A stretch of DNA of 63,194 bases, counting the filler, from Lenisia limosa (taxonomy: Eukaryota > Protista > Breviatea), in assembly GCA_001655205.1 (NCBI GenBank). It is 10 parts of 10 records of this genome, joined end to end, with 100 filler letters (N's around TTAATTAATTAA, not from the genome) between each part and the next. Parts side by side here need not be neighbours in the genome. Positions count along the whole stretch, not along the records: positions 61,103 to 63,194 come from LPNZ01001042.1; 9 more parts are not named here. The stretch is one strand, 5' to 3'. Within the stretch, counting starts at the first letter, position 1; the number at the start of each line of letters is the position of its first letter. The translations under genes were made by a program, and so were the position numbers. The notes beneath the pieces are model-generated. The model ran no database searches and was not told where the DNA came from. It saw only the letters and a program-made list of their open reading frames with translations. Below, piece after piece: positions 61,735 through 63,194 of the stretch.

Positions 61735-62870
61735 AGGACAGCTTTGGATGTGTTCAAACTCTGTGGGTTCAATCCCAGGCTTCGCGGCTTCATCTAATGT
61801 GCCCGTGGGGTGGGGTGTTCTTCGTTAGAGGTTTTATAATAAGCAATTATACAGTTGTCACTCACTTTGTAGATCGATATCTCCGTAAGTTGGAACAAGG
61901 AACAAACACTTTTCATCTTATGTTCTTGTACCACGGTATTCTCTGTTCAAAAGGGCCAAAAGATAAGAAGGGGGTTCTTTAAAAGGGTTTTGGTATGGGC
62001 TTAACCAAATTACCAGAATGAATATACTATTTAACATACGGGTCCTCGCCCTAGATCATGGTTCAAAGTGCCGGAGTTATTTTTCTCTTTTCAAAATAGA
62101 AAGGCAAGTCTTTGTGTATTTAAATCTTTTGTCTTTCTTTTTTTTTGATTGCCAAACCTCGTGAACCCTGACATTGTTTAGATTCCTGTTAATGCCGGAT
62201 GCGACACTGGGAAAAAGGTCACTGAAATTGCCGCCGGAGTCCATTCGAATATGTTTTTCTATGGAGGTGGGAGGGTTTTATGATGGTTGTTGTTCTTTTC
62301 TAAAGGAAGGGAATAATGCATTAGCTTAATACAAACATATCACATACTATACATAGCTAGTAAATAGTTACGGTCACTTTTCTCATTGTGCCCATTTACT
62401 GATAAGGTATTAACGTTAATAGAGTGCAGTGCGACCCAAGTATTTGGCATTGCCTCAACTCATGAATCCGTTTGCAGATCTTCCAGTACAGTCAATCAAG
62501 TAAGATTGTGGATAGACTACTATGATATGCTTGATATTATTATCCGAAAAGGAAATGATTGGATTTTAAGACTTAATAGAGAGCCGTAATAATATCTTGT
62601 ACACAATACTTAGAACTCCATGAACTTCTTAGCCAATCTCCTTTTGAATATTTATTGTTGCAGGTCTATGAAGTTATGACCACCACCAAGCCCATTATTG
62701 CTGTTTTCCCAGGGCATAAAATGGTAGCAGTTCAAACTGAGGCATGATGCACTTCACCTTAATTTATTTGTCAATAATGTATTTCTTATTTCAAATTTGG
62801 GGGGGTACTTTTCTATTTGGGGTAGATTTTCGAAGAGAGCTGGTTGAGATCAAAGCCTTGGAGAGGTGTC
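61735..62870 (+). CDS. Gene fragment, possibly RCC1-repeat protein
   Basis: An exon at about 62180-62267 reads IPVNAGCDTGKKVTEIAAGVHSNMF, resembling the RCC1 V-x-x-I-A-A-G motif. Other short exons are unassigned. Confidence 0.35.
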
Positions 62871-63194
62871 CCTCCTCCCTGTATTAAAAGATGTCCCTCC
62901 TCCCTGTTTCGGAAAGGAGCAATGTTATTTGCTGTAACCATTAAAACATAACCACTGATTAATATATCTTGGGAAATTGTTGATACGCCGTATGCTATAT
63001 AAAGCTACAAATAGACACTCCTTTAGGGTTTATGCTAAGCTGCAAATAGACACTCCTTTAGGGTTTATGTGTTATATCAACTAACTAAAGCGAATACGCT
63101 TTGGTTAGTAGTTTATTAAACCACAAAGAAAGAAACGGCTCCAAAAGGTGGCGAAATACAAAACAGATGGAAGCAGAACACCTCCTCGGCTTGA

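Noticed and set aside
62040-62075. VLALDHGSKC as a RuvC/YqgF nuclease motif
   Set aside because: An isolated 10-residue match with no open frame or further catalytic residues.

Overview
Intron-rich eukaryotic nuclear DNA. It is not one locus: nine artificial 100-nt linkers (44 N + TTAATTAATTAA + 44 N) join ten scaffolds, and most internal N gaps sit on G/C homopolymers. Genes were recognised by translating exons by eye. They are CMTR2 (cap2 methyltransferase, with an RD/RS-rich N-terminal extension), cytosolic malate dehydrogenase, a multi-TM class III nucleotide cyclase, PIGA, a secreted FG-GAP repeat protein, a Cys-rich Sushi/TNFR-like protein, probable EMC2, acyl-CoA oxidase, RtcB, a membrane protein with FixL-like PAS domains, two coiled-coil proteins and several unidentified multi-exon genes. 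RtcB plus CMTR2 argue against yeasts/moulds and land plants; a unicellular holozoan or other protist is plausible, but this is inference only. Introns carry many small repeats: hAT-type MITEs (8-bp TSD), Tc1/mariner-type MITEs (TA TSD), a CACTA-like MITE, and TIR-less families that are mostly sense-oriented and often end in a poly-C/poly-G run at a splice site. The most notable observations are a decayed tyrosine-recombinase element nested antisense in the 2.6-kb RtcB intron, the splice-site-anchored repeats together with a G-run donor / C-run acceptor intron architecture, and a FixL-type (putatively heme-binding) PAS sensor. Exon coordinates are approximate.
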